This document shows, in pieces, positions 1 to 10,957 of a stretch of DNA of 64,000 nucleotides. The notes under the pieces are model-generated. The model was not told where the DNA came from. It saw only the letters and a list, made by a program, of their open reading frames with translations, and made no database searches. A program made the position numbers and the translations under genes. Source of the DNA: Paraphysomonas bandaiensis (lineage: Eukaryota > Protista > Chrysophyceae); NCBI GenBank assembly GCA_965644295.1, contig CBFFRP010000217.1, positions 310,001 through 374,000 on the forward strand. The letters run 5' to 3'. How positions within the stretch are numbered: position 1 is the stretch's first letter; the number at the start of each line of letters is the position of its first letter.

Positions 1-53
1 AGAGTTATGTTGGATAAACTAAAGTACTTTCTTTGACTAAGATATATAAGACG

Positions 54-192
54 GTCTGATTATTACATGAGAACGGTTGTGTACAGAAACTAGTTTTACA
101 TCTATAGACTGACTAACGACTGGACTTTCTATTTACTACACTAGTGGCGGGCAACCGTCTCGGGACTGCTTGTGCATCACTGCGAGCACCAT
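54..192 (+). repeat. Dispersed ~140-bp repeat, copy 1 (inverted relative to 50156-50290)
   Basis: 54-192 (gtctgattattacatgagaacggttg...ctagtggcgggcaaccgtctcgggactgcttgtgcatcactgcgagcaccat) aligns with the reverse complement of 50156-50290, with scattered substitutions and small indels. Confidence 0.85.
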
Positions 193-249
193 ACTGAAAA
201 CGACCATTTGACTAAGATATAAGATCGTATCCATATCTATGATCTGACC

Positions 250-600
250 CTAAAAAAGTTGGATTCGCACCTCTTCGTGGTGTTCTGGGTTCTGGGGGAT
301 AAGTACCGGAATCAGCCGCATAATATATATAGTCAGCAGATATTGTTCTGCCCACTCATAGCTAAATGCTTGTGTAGTGCAAGGAACACTAATACCAATG
401 TCGACGTCTTTGGGCTTTTTGGGTCCTGACGTATAAGCAGGCATCACCTCAAGGGAATCCGGGCTGTTCACCTGAAGTTAGCAGATGTCAAGCATATCAA
501 CATTCTGCATGCTCACTGCATAGCTGTGAGTGGTAGAGCGACAGTGATTGCACCTTGGGGGTTGCTGTGACGCACAAGCAGCTTTCGTAGCGTTAAATAG
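250..600 (-). pseudogene. Possible decayed retroelement gag fragment (broken zinc knuckle)
   Basis: The minus-strand reading QQPPRCNHCRSTTHSYA resembles a CX2CX4HX4C knuckle lacking the last Cys. The ORFs are short and broken and sit next to a dispersed repeat. Confidence 0.25.
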
Positions 601-889
601 TAGAATATTAGAGTTAAACACTGACCCTTTAACGCCAATTGCTAATAATAATACATTCACTACTCTATGATCTGATTATATTGATTGGTAGTTGAGAGAA
701 GATATATAATTGTAGTGAAAATCAATGAATGATGAGACATGTTTATTATAATTTTAATAATTGAGTATTGTGTGTATGCAACGTTATTTCGCCATCTGAT
801 TATGTCAAATGCTGATAAGAATACATAGTTAAAGTTTCAAAGTAGCCTCTTGATCCCAGATCATTGCTGAAGTGATTAATATCAGCATA

Positions 890-2936
890 CTAAAAGAATC
901 CTAATTTATTCTTATCGAAACTTATGATGATGTTCTTCGTCTGCCGATATGCATCAAGAGTTGCTTTGTGACATTCACGCCCGAAGCCGCTTTGCTTAAA
1001 CCCACCAAATGGGGCATGGGATGGGTAAAGGTGCTACACATATAAACTCATTAGAACACCTAAATATGAAGCTGCCATGGTAGTTGCAGTTGTTAAAATA
1101 ATATATGCACGACATAATTTTATAGTCCTACTAAATCATCAAAATACTTACATAGCAGTTGACCCATACTCGGCCGGCATCAATGGCGCGTGGAATTGTG
1201 TAGAGCTGCCCAATATATATTATTAGTACCAGTTGACTGCTTTAAAATAGTGGACGAAACCTGGTGTGCGTCTCGTGTAAACACCCCTGCTCCGAGCCCG
1301 TACAGTGTGTCATTTGCAATCCTCAGAGCTTCGTCATCTGTTTTGAAAGTCGTCGCACATGTGACAGGGCCAAATATTTCCTCTCGAAATACGCGCATAT
1401 TGTTGTTGCCTCTCAGTATTGTGGGTTTAATGTAGAATCCACCATCGACGACGTCATTAATGGCACCGCCAGTCAATATCTATAATTCCAAGTGAGATCA
1501 AATGCTAACATTCTTAGAATAATTCGTATTTGATTATATCTGACTCAAATATTCACGGAAAACAATGCATACCTCTGCACCCTCAGATCTGCCAATATCT
1601 AAGTACCGCTGAATTTTCAAGTATTGTTCTTCAGATGCCTGGGCACCCATCATAGTTCCTGGCTCCAATGGGTTACCTGTTTTGATGGCCTCCGTGCGAG
1701 CAACAACGCGTGCCATGAAGTCGTCATATATGTCCTCGTGAATAAGGATGCGTGATTGGCACGTGCACACCTATCCACCAATCATTAATAGTTCCAAGGT
1801 TTATAATACATACAGATATCAACATGTACACACCTCCCCTTGGTTGAGAGCAAAAAGGACTACAGACTCAACAGCTTTATCCAAGAATTCATCATCCGCA
1901 TCACAAACACTTTTAAAAAATATCAAAGGGCTTTTGCCTCCAAGTTCCATGGTCACAGGGACTAAATTATTTGCCGCAGCCTTCATGATAGTTTTACCAG
2001 TTGTGGTTTCACCGGTAAATGCGATTTTGTTGATGCGGGGGTTAGCCGTGATAGCAGCCCCAGCTTCTTCACCAAATCCTTTGAAACTGTGTTAATTCGA
2101 AAGTACAAGAGTCAGCCCCATCAATATACCAGTACCTGTAACTACATTAAGGACTCCAGCTGGGAGAACGTCTTTGATGAGATTCACGAATATCTACAAG
2201 AAGTACTGTCACATATTCATACATACATATCAGCATGCATATTTAGATTAGTTATACAACTGATATTCGATGCTATCGATTAACAATAACACTCACCATG
2301 ATGGAAGTAGGGGTCTGCTCTGCAGGCTTAAGTATTACACAATTGCCGGCTGCTAGTGCCGGAGCTAATTTCCAAGCCGCCATTAGCAATGGAAAATTCC
2401 ATGGGATTATTTGTCCCACAATGCCGATTGGTTGCTTAATGCATAGGGAAAGTGTGTTGGCGTCAATCTCTGACGCGGAACCTTCTTCAGCCCTAATCAC
2501 TCCTGCGAAATAGCGGAAATGGTCAATCAGAAGTGGAATGTCCGCTGCCATTGTTTCACGCAGTGCTTTGCCGTTATCAATCGTCTCCACCACAGCGAGA
2601 TGAGCTAGATTAGCCTATACGCATATAGTGGGTGTGAGTGAGATGCTGTAGAGTGTATGTATGACTATATGAGTATGTCACCTCTGCTATATCAGCTATC
2701 TTTAACAGCATCCCGCTGCGATCAACCACTGACACTTTGCTCCAAGAAGGAAATGCCAACTCCGCTGCACTAACAGCAGCCTCAATATCCTTCTCGTTTG
2801 ATCTAGCCGCCTTAGTGAAGACTTTACCGTCTATCGGAGAGGTGTTGTCGAAGTACTCGCCATCCACTGGAGGGACGAAGCGACCATTGATGAAGTTATC
2901 ATAGTGGGGGTAGAAACTTGGGCGCTCAGCTGACAT
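890..2936 (-). CDS. aldB: Aldehyde dehydrogenase, bacterial AldB/AcoD-like family, 8 exons
   Basis: GT-AG exons 2936-2682, 2614-2297, 2193-2136, 2078-1834, 1770-1573, 1479-1261, 1205-1152 and 1033-890 splice in frame. Motifs: [36 protein letters not shown] (catalytic Cys), [15 protein letters not shown] and C-terminal DKNKLGFF. Confidence 0.93.
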
Positions 2937-3375
2937 ATTGTGGAATGTGTATCTCTTTATCCGTGCAGTCTAATATGCTGATATGATATGATAGATATGC
3001 GTGTGTATGTATGTATGTTCCATGCATGCGTGTTCTTTCATAGAATCCATACAACGAACACGTCAACTTCATACCACAACGAAGTGAAAGTGCAGATATC
3101 TTTACATAAAGATTCCATTGAACTGAGATCTTCTACAGCAATCTCTGATATTCGAAACTGAAAATTGAGGCTGTAGTCATGGTGTAACCCGTTTGATTAC
3201 AAGCCGACTATGTAACCCGTATATTTGCTTGCATATGCGTATGCCGGCAGCAGTGTAGAGCAGTGCACTGAAGTGGCGTATGGTAACACTGCACTGCACT
3301 GCAACAACGCAAGAGTTTAATAGCAAACAACGACTGCATTGCTACCATCGCATACTTTCATACAAGAGCAATAAA

Positions 3376-4253
3376 ATGCCAAGAGAAGGTCCACCTGATG
3401 TCTCCGACATGCACACATTAAAGGTAGGACCTCTTTACTTCATCCCGCCGTATATAATCAGTGATATCATCAGGTCGATAACCTCACCTTTAGAACAAGG
3501 TTTGCTTGTTATTAATTGTTTTGGACTGTGCTAATTATATATTCAGTGTGGAGGACTTAAAAGATGCATTTGGAAAGTATGACTTATATATTGTGAGTTT
3601 GTTATTAGTTGTAATCGTATATCTGTACTTAGATATGGAGATGTGGGTGATGTGTATATCCCCCGACATTATGGATCTGGTGATCCCAAAGGATACGCAT
3701 TTGTGCGATTCTACGACCTACGTGACGCAGAAGATGCAATGAGTGCTATGGAAGGGAAGGACATTGATGGGCGTTCAATTAGAATCCAAATGGCCAGGCG
3801 GAAGCGACCAGAAGACCCTAGAGGATACTATGCCTCCCGCGGGTATGTAGTTCTTGTAACCTTAGATGTAGAATATGTGTAATGCTTTTGGTATGAAAAT
3901 ATTTTGGCGGTACTAATGACCGTAGGTATTGTGTGACTCGAATAATTGTTATATTTTCGGACAGGCGCTATGACGATCGGGGCGGGAGAGACTCTTATCG
4001 TTCCCGTCGCTACTCTCGCTCTCGCTCAGGTTCCCGTGACCGATATCACAGTAGACGAGACCGCCGCAGATACTCCCGCAGTAGGAGCCGCAGCGACAGT
4101 CGGCGGAGACGTAGGGACTCCCGTGATAATCGGTCAAGATCTCGTGACAGCAGGAGAAGAAATTCGTCTGTGAGTCGGTCAAGGTCCCCACATAGTAAAC
4201 GCTCTCCGGGAAGAGACAGAGCATATAGCAATGGAAACAGTGACAAAGAATAG
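3376..4253 (+). CDS. SRSF2: SR splicing factor (RRM + RS domain, SC35/SRSF2-like)
   Basis: The spliced product reads [46 protein letters not shown]...KGYAFVRF (RNP2 and RNP1), followed by an RS-rich tail. Introns at 3424-3473, 3500-3546, ~3578-3632 and 3843-3964. Confidence 0.88.
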
Positions 4254-4753
4254 CAAAGGTTCTAGATGGCATCCTGACACTATTTATTGATTCCTTGTCA
4301 TATTCGGGCTTTGAATCTGGTACAAATAGTGCTGCTATTTTCCTGTCCAATATTACGTTTTAGGGCTGATGCAATACATTGAACTTCAAGCCTGATATCT
4401 GATGAATTAAATCAGTTTCGCCTAATAATGACGAGAAGTTTTGTGTGTTTAAGTCTGGATGTTCTCAATGGATATGGAGGCAAAATAATTCGTTTACGGG
4501 TAAATTTATAAATCCTGAAATCACTATAGGTATAACATTCTTAAGTATTGCGTTTCTAAATTCCACTCTGGCAACATGCGTGCACCGTAATTGTCTAGAA
4601 TACAAGTGTACAGTTGATATGGCCACTACGCCGCTGCTTTACTTACAAACAGTATGACATGTAGTAACGAAGTAACATCAGTAATCAGTAACATACAACA
4701 GAAGTAAACCAGCCACAGCTACAAAAACAATGTCACGCAAGATACAACGTCTA

Positions 4754-5749
4754 CTACTCCACTTCATCTAACCAAGCCCTCACTTCACTGAAAGACATTA
4801 ACCGGAGGAGCTTATCTCTATTAGTGTCCAAGTCTTCGTAAGTAAGAGCATCAACGGGATTATCTATCAATCTCACTTCGAGATCCATGGGGAGCCTGTG
4901 AAGGTTTGGTCGACGCCTAGCGATTCCCACCCCATGGTCAAAATCAGCCACCACAATCTCTAGGTGGTCCATTAGCCGCATCGCCACAGCCGCACGCCAA
5001 GAATCCCCGTTCCACACCGCAGAAACTTCCGGCAGCATAGGAACAATCTGGCGGAGTTTATCTCGAGGATTGAGGTCGTGCATGACTATGAAGCCTTTAG
5101 GATTAAGAAAACGTAATGCGAATACAACATCTCTCAGAACCTGCAGTTAATACAACGGTCATACAAGAGCCACTACCAAAACTGTAAAAAGACTAACCTG
5201 GTGGCCTTCATGTAAGCCATCTATGAAAATTAGGTCAAACATTTGCGTGTTATTGAAAAAGAATTCATCGCTTGTCATTCTATGCGTTCCACCAGAAGCT
5301 GGGTCAACGCCTATTGCTATGTCAAATCGATTTCGAACTTTATCAAAATTTTGATTCAACTGACAGCCGATTTCGAGGTAATTTCTCAAATTATATCGCT
5401 CATGTAAATACAATAAAACGTCCGTCCGTGTAGCATAAAAGTCTTCAGTGGTACTCGTTTTCCTGCTAGGAGTGTACATCATTCCATTGTAGTACATACT
5501 ATTCAAAGCATCCATTGTTTTTATGCACAGATCCTTTTCTGTAAGGCTACATAGTTCCTTGGTGAGTTCGTACACAGAGCTTCCGTGTGTGAAATCAACA
5601 CGGACTGTGTGAGGGCGAGAATCATCTGGTAGAAAATAATCCAAATCTAGATGAATAACTTCTTGTGACTTATTCGGGATGGACACTGTGTGACCAACAG
5701 ATTGGCTCAGGGACGCTACTATACACAAGAGAAGTAGAGAGCAGGTCAT
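4754..5749 (-). CDS. Signal-peptide-bearing class I SAM-dependent methyltransferase (Methyltransf_24-like)
   Basis: Hydrophobic N-terminus; motifs YLEIGC, IGVDP, MTSDEFF, FDLIFIDGLH, GFIVMHD and WNGDSWRA. One intron at 5141-5197 joins the two ORFs in frame. Confidence 0.8.
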
Positions 5750-5938
5750 ATATATGTATATAACTCCTGTGAAGGTCTAGATCAATTAACAGCTTGCTGG
5801 TGATAAAAACTAGTGTATGAGGGAGCTTACGCGGCCATGCACCTTCGAGTCGATCCTATCATGCTCAGGTGTTTGGATAGTACAGTGCTGTGTGAGGGAG
5901 GAGGTCCTCTGAGCTCCATGTGCCTGTTACAGATACAG

Positions 5939-5963
5939 CTGCTGTACTGCTGTACTGCTGTAC
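5939..5963. promoter_or_regulatory. Tandem (CTGCTGTA)x3 in the divergent MTase/SAM50 promoter
   Basis: Three tandem copies of an 8-mer that recurs in other upstream regions (29050, 37794, 55714, 55733, 58950). Confidence 0.4.
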
Positions 5964-6194
5964 GTATCATATGCACTATCTACAAGTACGTAGTACAATA
6001 GTACTGCTGTGCAGGTGTGCAGTAGTGTGTACATAACAGTGTTGCTTGTATATGTATACTGTACTACTATACTGTACTGGTATAGGGATGTATGTATGTA
6101 TGCATTCTGTCACATCATCTGCTCATGTAATCCACTCATGCTTCATACCTCTCAACACATACATCCCCCCCCCCTGTCTCATTCTCTCAATACA

Positions 6195-7826
6195 ATGGAT
6201 CAACCAGTGAAAATTAAAAGTTTTAATATCACAGGCAATCATCGGACTAATTTATCTTTCTTTGAAAGAGAGTTTCAGCATGCGTCTCGTTCTAGCGGCA
6301 TCATCCAGCTACATCATTCACTACAAGAGACCACTGCTCGTCTACAGTCATTGGGTATCTTCTCTTATGTGGATACACAATTAAAGTTATGTGATAGAGA
6401 GAAGGCATCTGATCCTCTAGAGGCGGAGGTCGTCATTGACATCAAAGAGAAGAATGTTCCGTTCTTAAAGGTGTGTATGGAGTTACCTGCCAGATGCTGA
6501 GTTTATATATCGTTTCAGGCAGAGAGTTATTTTGGAAGTGGTGGTAATAGTGTCGGTGCAAATCTTCAATTTGCTCTTCGTAATCCGACAGGTTGCGGTG
6601 AGACCGCTAGAGTAACATGTGGCGGAAATAACAATGGATCTCGCGACCTTCAGATGAGTCTGCTGGCTCCGAGCGTATCTTCTCGCAGGTTCAGTGTAGA
6701 AGCCCTCTGTAGATTATACGAGGATAACTCCAATATCTTGTATTCATCATTCCGTAAAAACGTAGGGTCAGTGTCGCTGGCTTTAACCTCGTTAGACAAA
6801 AAGCACAAACTGGACGTTTCTGCCACCCTTCGAGATGAACTTGGCGCCAGTTATCCATCAGCGTCTGCTTCCGCCTCTGCCACTGCGAATAGTATTTTTG
6901 GGGCTTCTGTGCTGCCAACCTCATCACAAGAGGCGATTACAGGGCCCAGTGGTTCTTGTGGTCCACTAGATTCGTTCGATGACTACCGCAAGAACACCTC
7001 CATGGCGGTGATGCACTCCCTTGCGCCGTCTTCTAAGATAGCTTTGGAGTATGTTGGCACGCCACTCGATACTCGAGACCATCCAAGTAACCCCTCTCGG
7101 GGCAGCCTTGTCCAGGGAGCAGTAGAGCTCGCCATGCCTCCTGGTACTGCTCAGTTCTTGAAGACGAACCTCACTCTCGAATCGCATATACCACTTACGC
7201 GAAACCCACCAAACTCTCCGGACAAAGGAATTGTGGCATCGCTCTGTGGATCTTTTGGGACACTTAGATTATTAGACTTCACCAACAATAGCGGGACAGC
7301 TGCCTATGATATTCGCTCCTTGGAGTACTCGTCTTCTAATGGTGGACAACGCCGACTAGTACATATGAGCGACAGATTCTTCGTGGGTGGTCCCATGGGT
7401 TTACGTGGGATTCATCATTCTGGCTCCGGCCCACGGAGTGCAGCTGATGGAGTAAGTGGCGTTGCGACCGGGGACGCACTGGGCGGCCTAACGAAAATGT
7501 CGGCCCTAGCGGCGCTATCGGCTCCAGTGCCGTTTACCTTTTCTTCCTCGGAGAATATGCGCACATTTTGTTTCTTCAATTGCGGCCTCCTCCTCCCACA
7601 CTCAGTGTGGCCACTAGTGCCATTGTCAGTTTCTCTCCCCTCTGCGCCTGACGGTGGTCAGAGTTCACTGTTCTCTTATTTGCGTACTTCTGTGGGGTGC
7701 GGAGTTAGCTATGTTATTGGTCCCGTGAGACTGGAAATGACCTACTCACTTCCTCTCAGAGCCGCCAGACACGATGTTCTTAAGCCATTTCAACTAGGCT
7801 TAGGGTTGTCAATGAATAGTAATTAG
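6195..7826 (+). CDS. SAM50: SAM50/Omp85 mitochondrial outer-membrane beta-barrel assembly protein
   Basis: POTRA-like start (ITGNHRT...LQSLGIFS...IKEK), DTRDHPSNPSRG, DRFFVGGPMGLRG, GDALGG and a C-terminal beta-signal FQLGLG. Intron 6471-6518 joins the ORFs in frame. Confidence 0.9.
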
Positions 7827-8911
7827 TTGAGCTAGTATAAACTTTTTGCGATATTTAATTACGACGGGGCGTGGGTTAAGGATTTAGTGTGCCACACTCC
7901 GTAGTGCATAATAATTAGCATACAGAATTGAATTTAAAAGTTGGTGTGGTTTCTTAGTGTCTTTGCACATGTCTATTCAAAGTTCCTCAGATGTCTCCAA
8001 ACGATTACAAGAATATTCAGGATATTTTTATACCAATTTTGAGAATACCACAGCCACTATGTAATAGATATGTTTCGTTTAATTACCGACACTGTGTGAT
8101 ACCAGAGCATCTTGTCCTAGCACATGACAATATAGTGTCCCAGCAATGCTAATCTGATGCTCATGGGTTGGGGCCATATCATTCCATCATAATTATTAAC
8201 TCTGCTAGTCTAGGTGAATCTTGCAACTTTTTACAGTTCTTTCATTATTACTGTAAATACTTACTGGCTAATGGCTAAGCTACGCAACTTGCGAAGCCAA
8301 TAAATAGCATAGATTCATAGTAATTAGGAATTACTACCTACAACTTTTTGGCCATATGAATAGCTGACCCGTTTTCAAAACTAGTATACCAGTCTACTCA
8401 CAATTAAAGAAATTATCTGTGATAACTTAATATTTATGTTAAGGGAAGATACATTCAATACTTTATTGTAGTTGATGTAGTGTATGGAAATTAAGTCAAC
8501 TTAGAATACGAAAAACACAATAATTTTACTAGATATTCGACGACTACCATATATTTGCATGAATCTAAAAGCTAATATTTGTCAGTAAAGCTACGAAATA
8601 TGAATATTAGCAATCACTATCTCCGTCATTACTCTTTTTTTCGTTGTCTATGTTTATATCAGTGAATGCGTCAGTAGCAATTTCACTTCATCATAGACAT
8701 GACGTTTTCTACATCTTAGTTCCCTTCCTTACAAAATAACCAACCAGCTGGCTTTTAAAACAGTAATACAATAAACAAATGTGGTATTACTTAACTATAT
8801 AACGTATAATTGACAATGTTATGAGCTATTGATTCATACGATAACACTGTTTACACCTCAGTTTCAACGTGTTTCATTTCTTGTTCTGTGACTTCATTGA
8901 GTGTTGAGTTT

Positions 8912-9460
8912 TCATGAAGTATATTCAATAGAATCAGCAGCTGCCGTGTTCGATAATAAGCGATAGCATATAACATTAAATATAATAGAGAAAACATCGC
9001 CGGAAATAATGTTAACGATAAGGTAAATCATTTTGAAGATTGCTCCCACCATACACCATGCGGCATAGAAATCGAGGAACCCGAACCCACAACAACAAAC
9101 GGGGTTCTTGTACTTTACACCCGTCACCGCACAATATAATGCAAAAGATGAGATAAGGATAGTAATTATAAAGTCAACGACGAATACACCGCTGCTGTGG
9201 CGACGAGTTGCCACCAAGTACAAGATTCCCCATAAGATTTGACATATGAATATGCATGAAGCTGCTTGAAGAACAAACCTGGAGAGCATTAAAACAGCTG
9301 CATCCTGTTTTTATCATTATAAATACAGTTCTAACTATACCGCAACCCGAATTACCTCATAGAAAGTAGATATTGTCAACCCTGGTGCAACCGGAACTAG
9401 AACGATTGTTACTCCATCACTATTTTTGGATGTTTCAAATGGATGGGACTCCTTCGACAT
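8912..9460 (-). CDS. Small multi-pass membrane protein, unknown function
   Basis: Exon 9460-9356 (MSKESHPF...TFYE), GT-AG intron 9355-9305 and exon 9304-8912 splice in frame. About 3-4 hydrophobic segments and a CCC motif. Confidence 0.55.
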
Positions 9461-10065
9461 GGATACTTCTGTTAAGTATTAATGTGTAGGTTGAGGGGTA
9501 ATATAAGACTGTGTGTGTATGTGATAATCGCAGTGTCTGGATGAGATCTTCGAGTTGTAGTTGTCGTCCTGTACATTGCAGAGCTATCCCAGTGCATGTT
9601 CAACTTGTCCAGAAGGTCTTCAGGGCAATCCTGAGGATATCAACAGCAGATCAACAGCGATTGTAGTAAGAAAGTGCACTTCTTTACTTCCAACTGCAAC
9701 TTCAATTAAACTTTTTTCATGTTGTAAAAAGTCCCAATTTTTTAGTTTTATGCCTAAAATTATTTATTTTTGGTGGGATTGTGTGGGGATGTATTCCAGG
9801 TACGTATACAGATCGAAATACTGTACCTATAACAATGTACTCATCAACATGTATAGCTGGATACATCGATAAGTACACTAGAGCAGTGGTTGGTGTATGC
9901 TGGCAGATATGGAGGGAATACCACCGAGGGAAGAGGAATACAGGGGTATACGTGGCACAATGATTTCTATCTTCCAATATGACAGTTACTCTACGCGCTC
10001 TCTCATATGTCTCACCAGTCATCTTATCAACTGCCTAGAAGTGTATTGATAGAGTTTATTTCAGA

Positions 10066-10845
10066 ATGGGTGCTGGAGGATCTAGTTGCAATGGAAACTC
10101 ATTGGATTTAATGATGCCCCTGTATTATAACCCCGAGCCTGTGGTGCAGGAGGACATCGACAAAGCTAAGGCTTCCTGGATGATGATAGTCAAAGACAAT
10201 ACCCCTGCTTTTGAAGAACTTAAGAGGAGTGAAGATTATCTGGGAGAGTCCTGTATCTGCTGGTTCTATAGGATGTTCTATGATCGTTTGTTCGACACAC
10301 ATCCACTCTCCCGTCAACTGTTCGGTAACAGTATACACACACAGGGAAAGTTCTTAGTCATGATGGTATCAACATGCCTTCGTCAATTAAATCAACCTGA
10401 GACCGTAAAAAAATCTTTGACGAAACTGGCTCATGTACACTGTTTGAAAGGTGTAAAATCCTCAGAATATGGCATTGTCGGAGATGTACTTTTCTGGACT
10501 TTGAGGCGATGCCTCAGCCCTGAGGTCTACGATTATGAATTGGAAGCTGTGTGGATTAAAATATATTCTGCAATGCTCTCTGTTATAGTGCCTTATGCAT
10601 TCGAGTTTGAGAAGAGTACACAAAATAAGTATGCTGCTGATCGCACTGCCGAGTCCATGCGTGGAACCAAAACTGTCGACAAGTCTACAATGAGAATGTA
10701 TGAAGAGGTTTGTAATCCTCGCAAGGGAGACACAGATGCACAGTGGAGAATGTCAAGCTTCAGCAGTGACGAGGACTGCGACACAGATCCACCATCGCGT
10801 ACTATGGGAGGCTGTGTTTCCGAGTCGAGAACACAGGATCTGTAA
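10066..10845 (+). CDS. Single-domain globin with N-terminal myristoylation/palmitoylation motif
   Basis: Single exon. MGAGGSSC start; globin pattern ASW...FYDRLFDTHP..RQLF (B10 Tyr, CD1 Phe), Q(E7)GKFL, LAHVH (F8 His), GVKSSEYGIVGDVLFWTL and AVWIKIYS. Confidence 0.85.
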   Translation: MGAGGSSCNGNSLDLMMPLYYNPEPVVQEDIDKAKASWMMIVKDNTPAFEELKRSEDYLGESCICWFYRMFYDRLFDTHPLSRQLFGNSIHTQGKFLVMMVSTCLRQLNQPETVKKSLTKLAHVHCLKGVKSSEYGIVGDVLFWTLRRCLSPEVYDYELEAVWIKIYSAMLSVIVPYAFEFEKSTQNKYAADRTAESMRGTKTVDKSTMRMYEEVCNPRKGDTDAQWRMSSFSSDEDCDTDPPSRTMGGCVSESRTQDL

Positions 10846-10957
10846 AGAAAGCATCATATATGTATTAATGCGACACAGACTCACCTTCTGATACTGTGGG
10901 GGACTGTGTTTCTGAATTCACACAGGATCTGTAAAGGAAAGGATCATATGTATATGA
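10779..10957 (+). repeat. Imperfect tandem duplication (~90 bp) of the globin 3' end and stop codon
   Basis: gcgacacaga...ctgtgtttc...cacaggatctgtaaag.aaag.atcatat occurs at ~10779-10865 and again at ~10870-10957. Confidence 0.75.
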
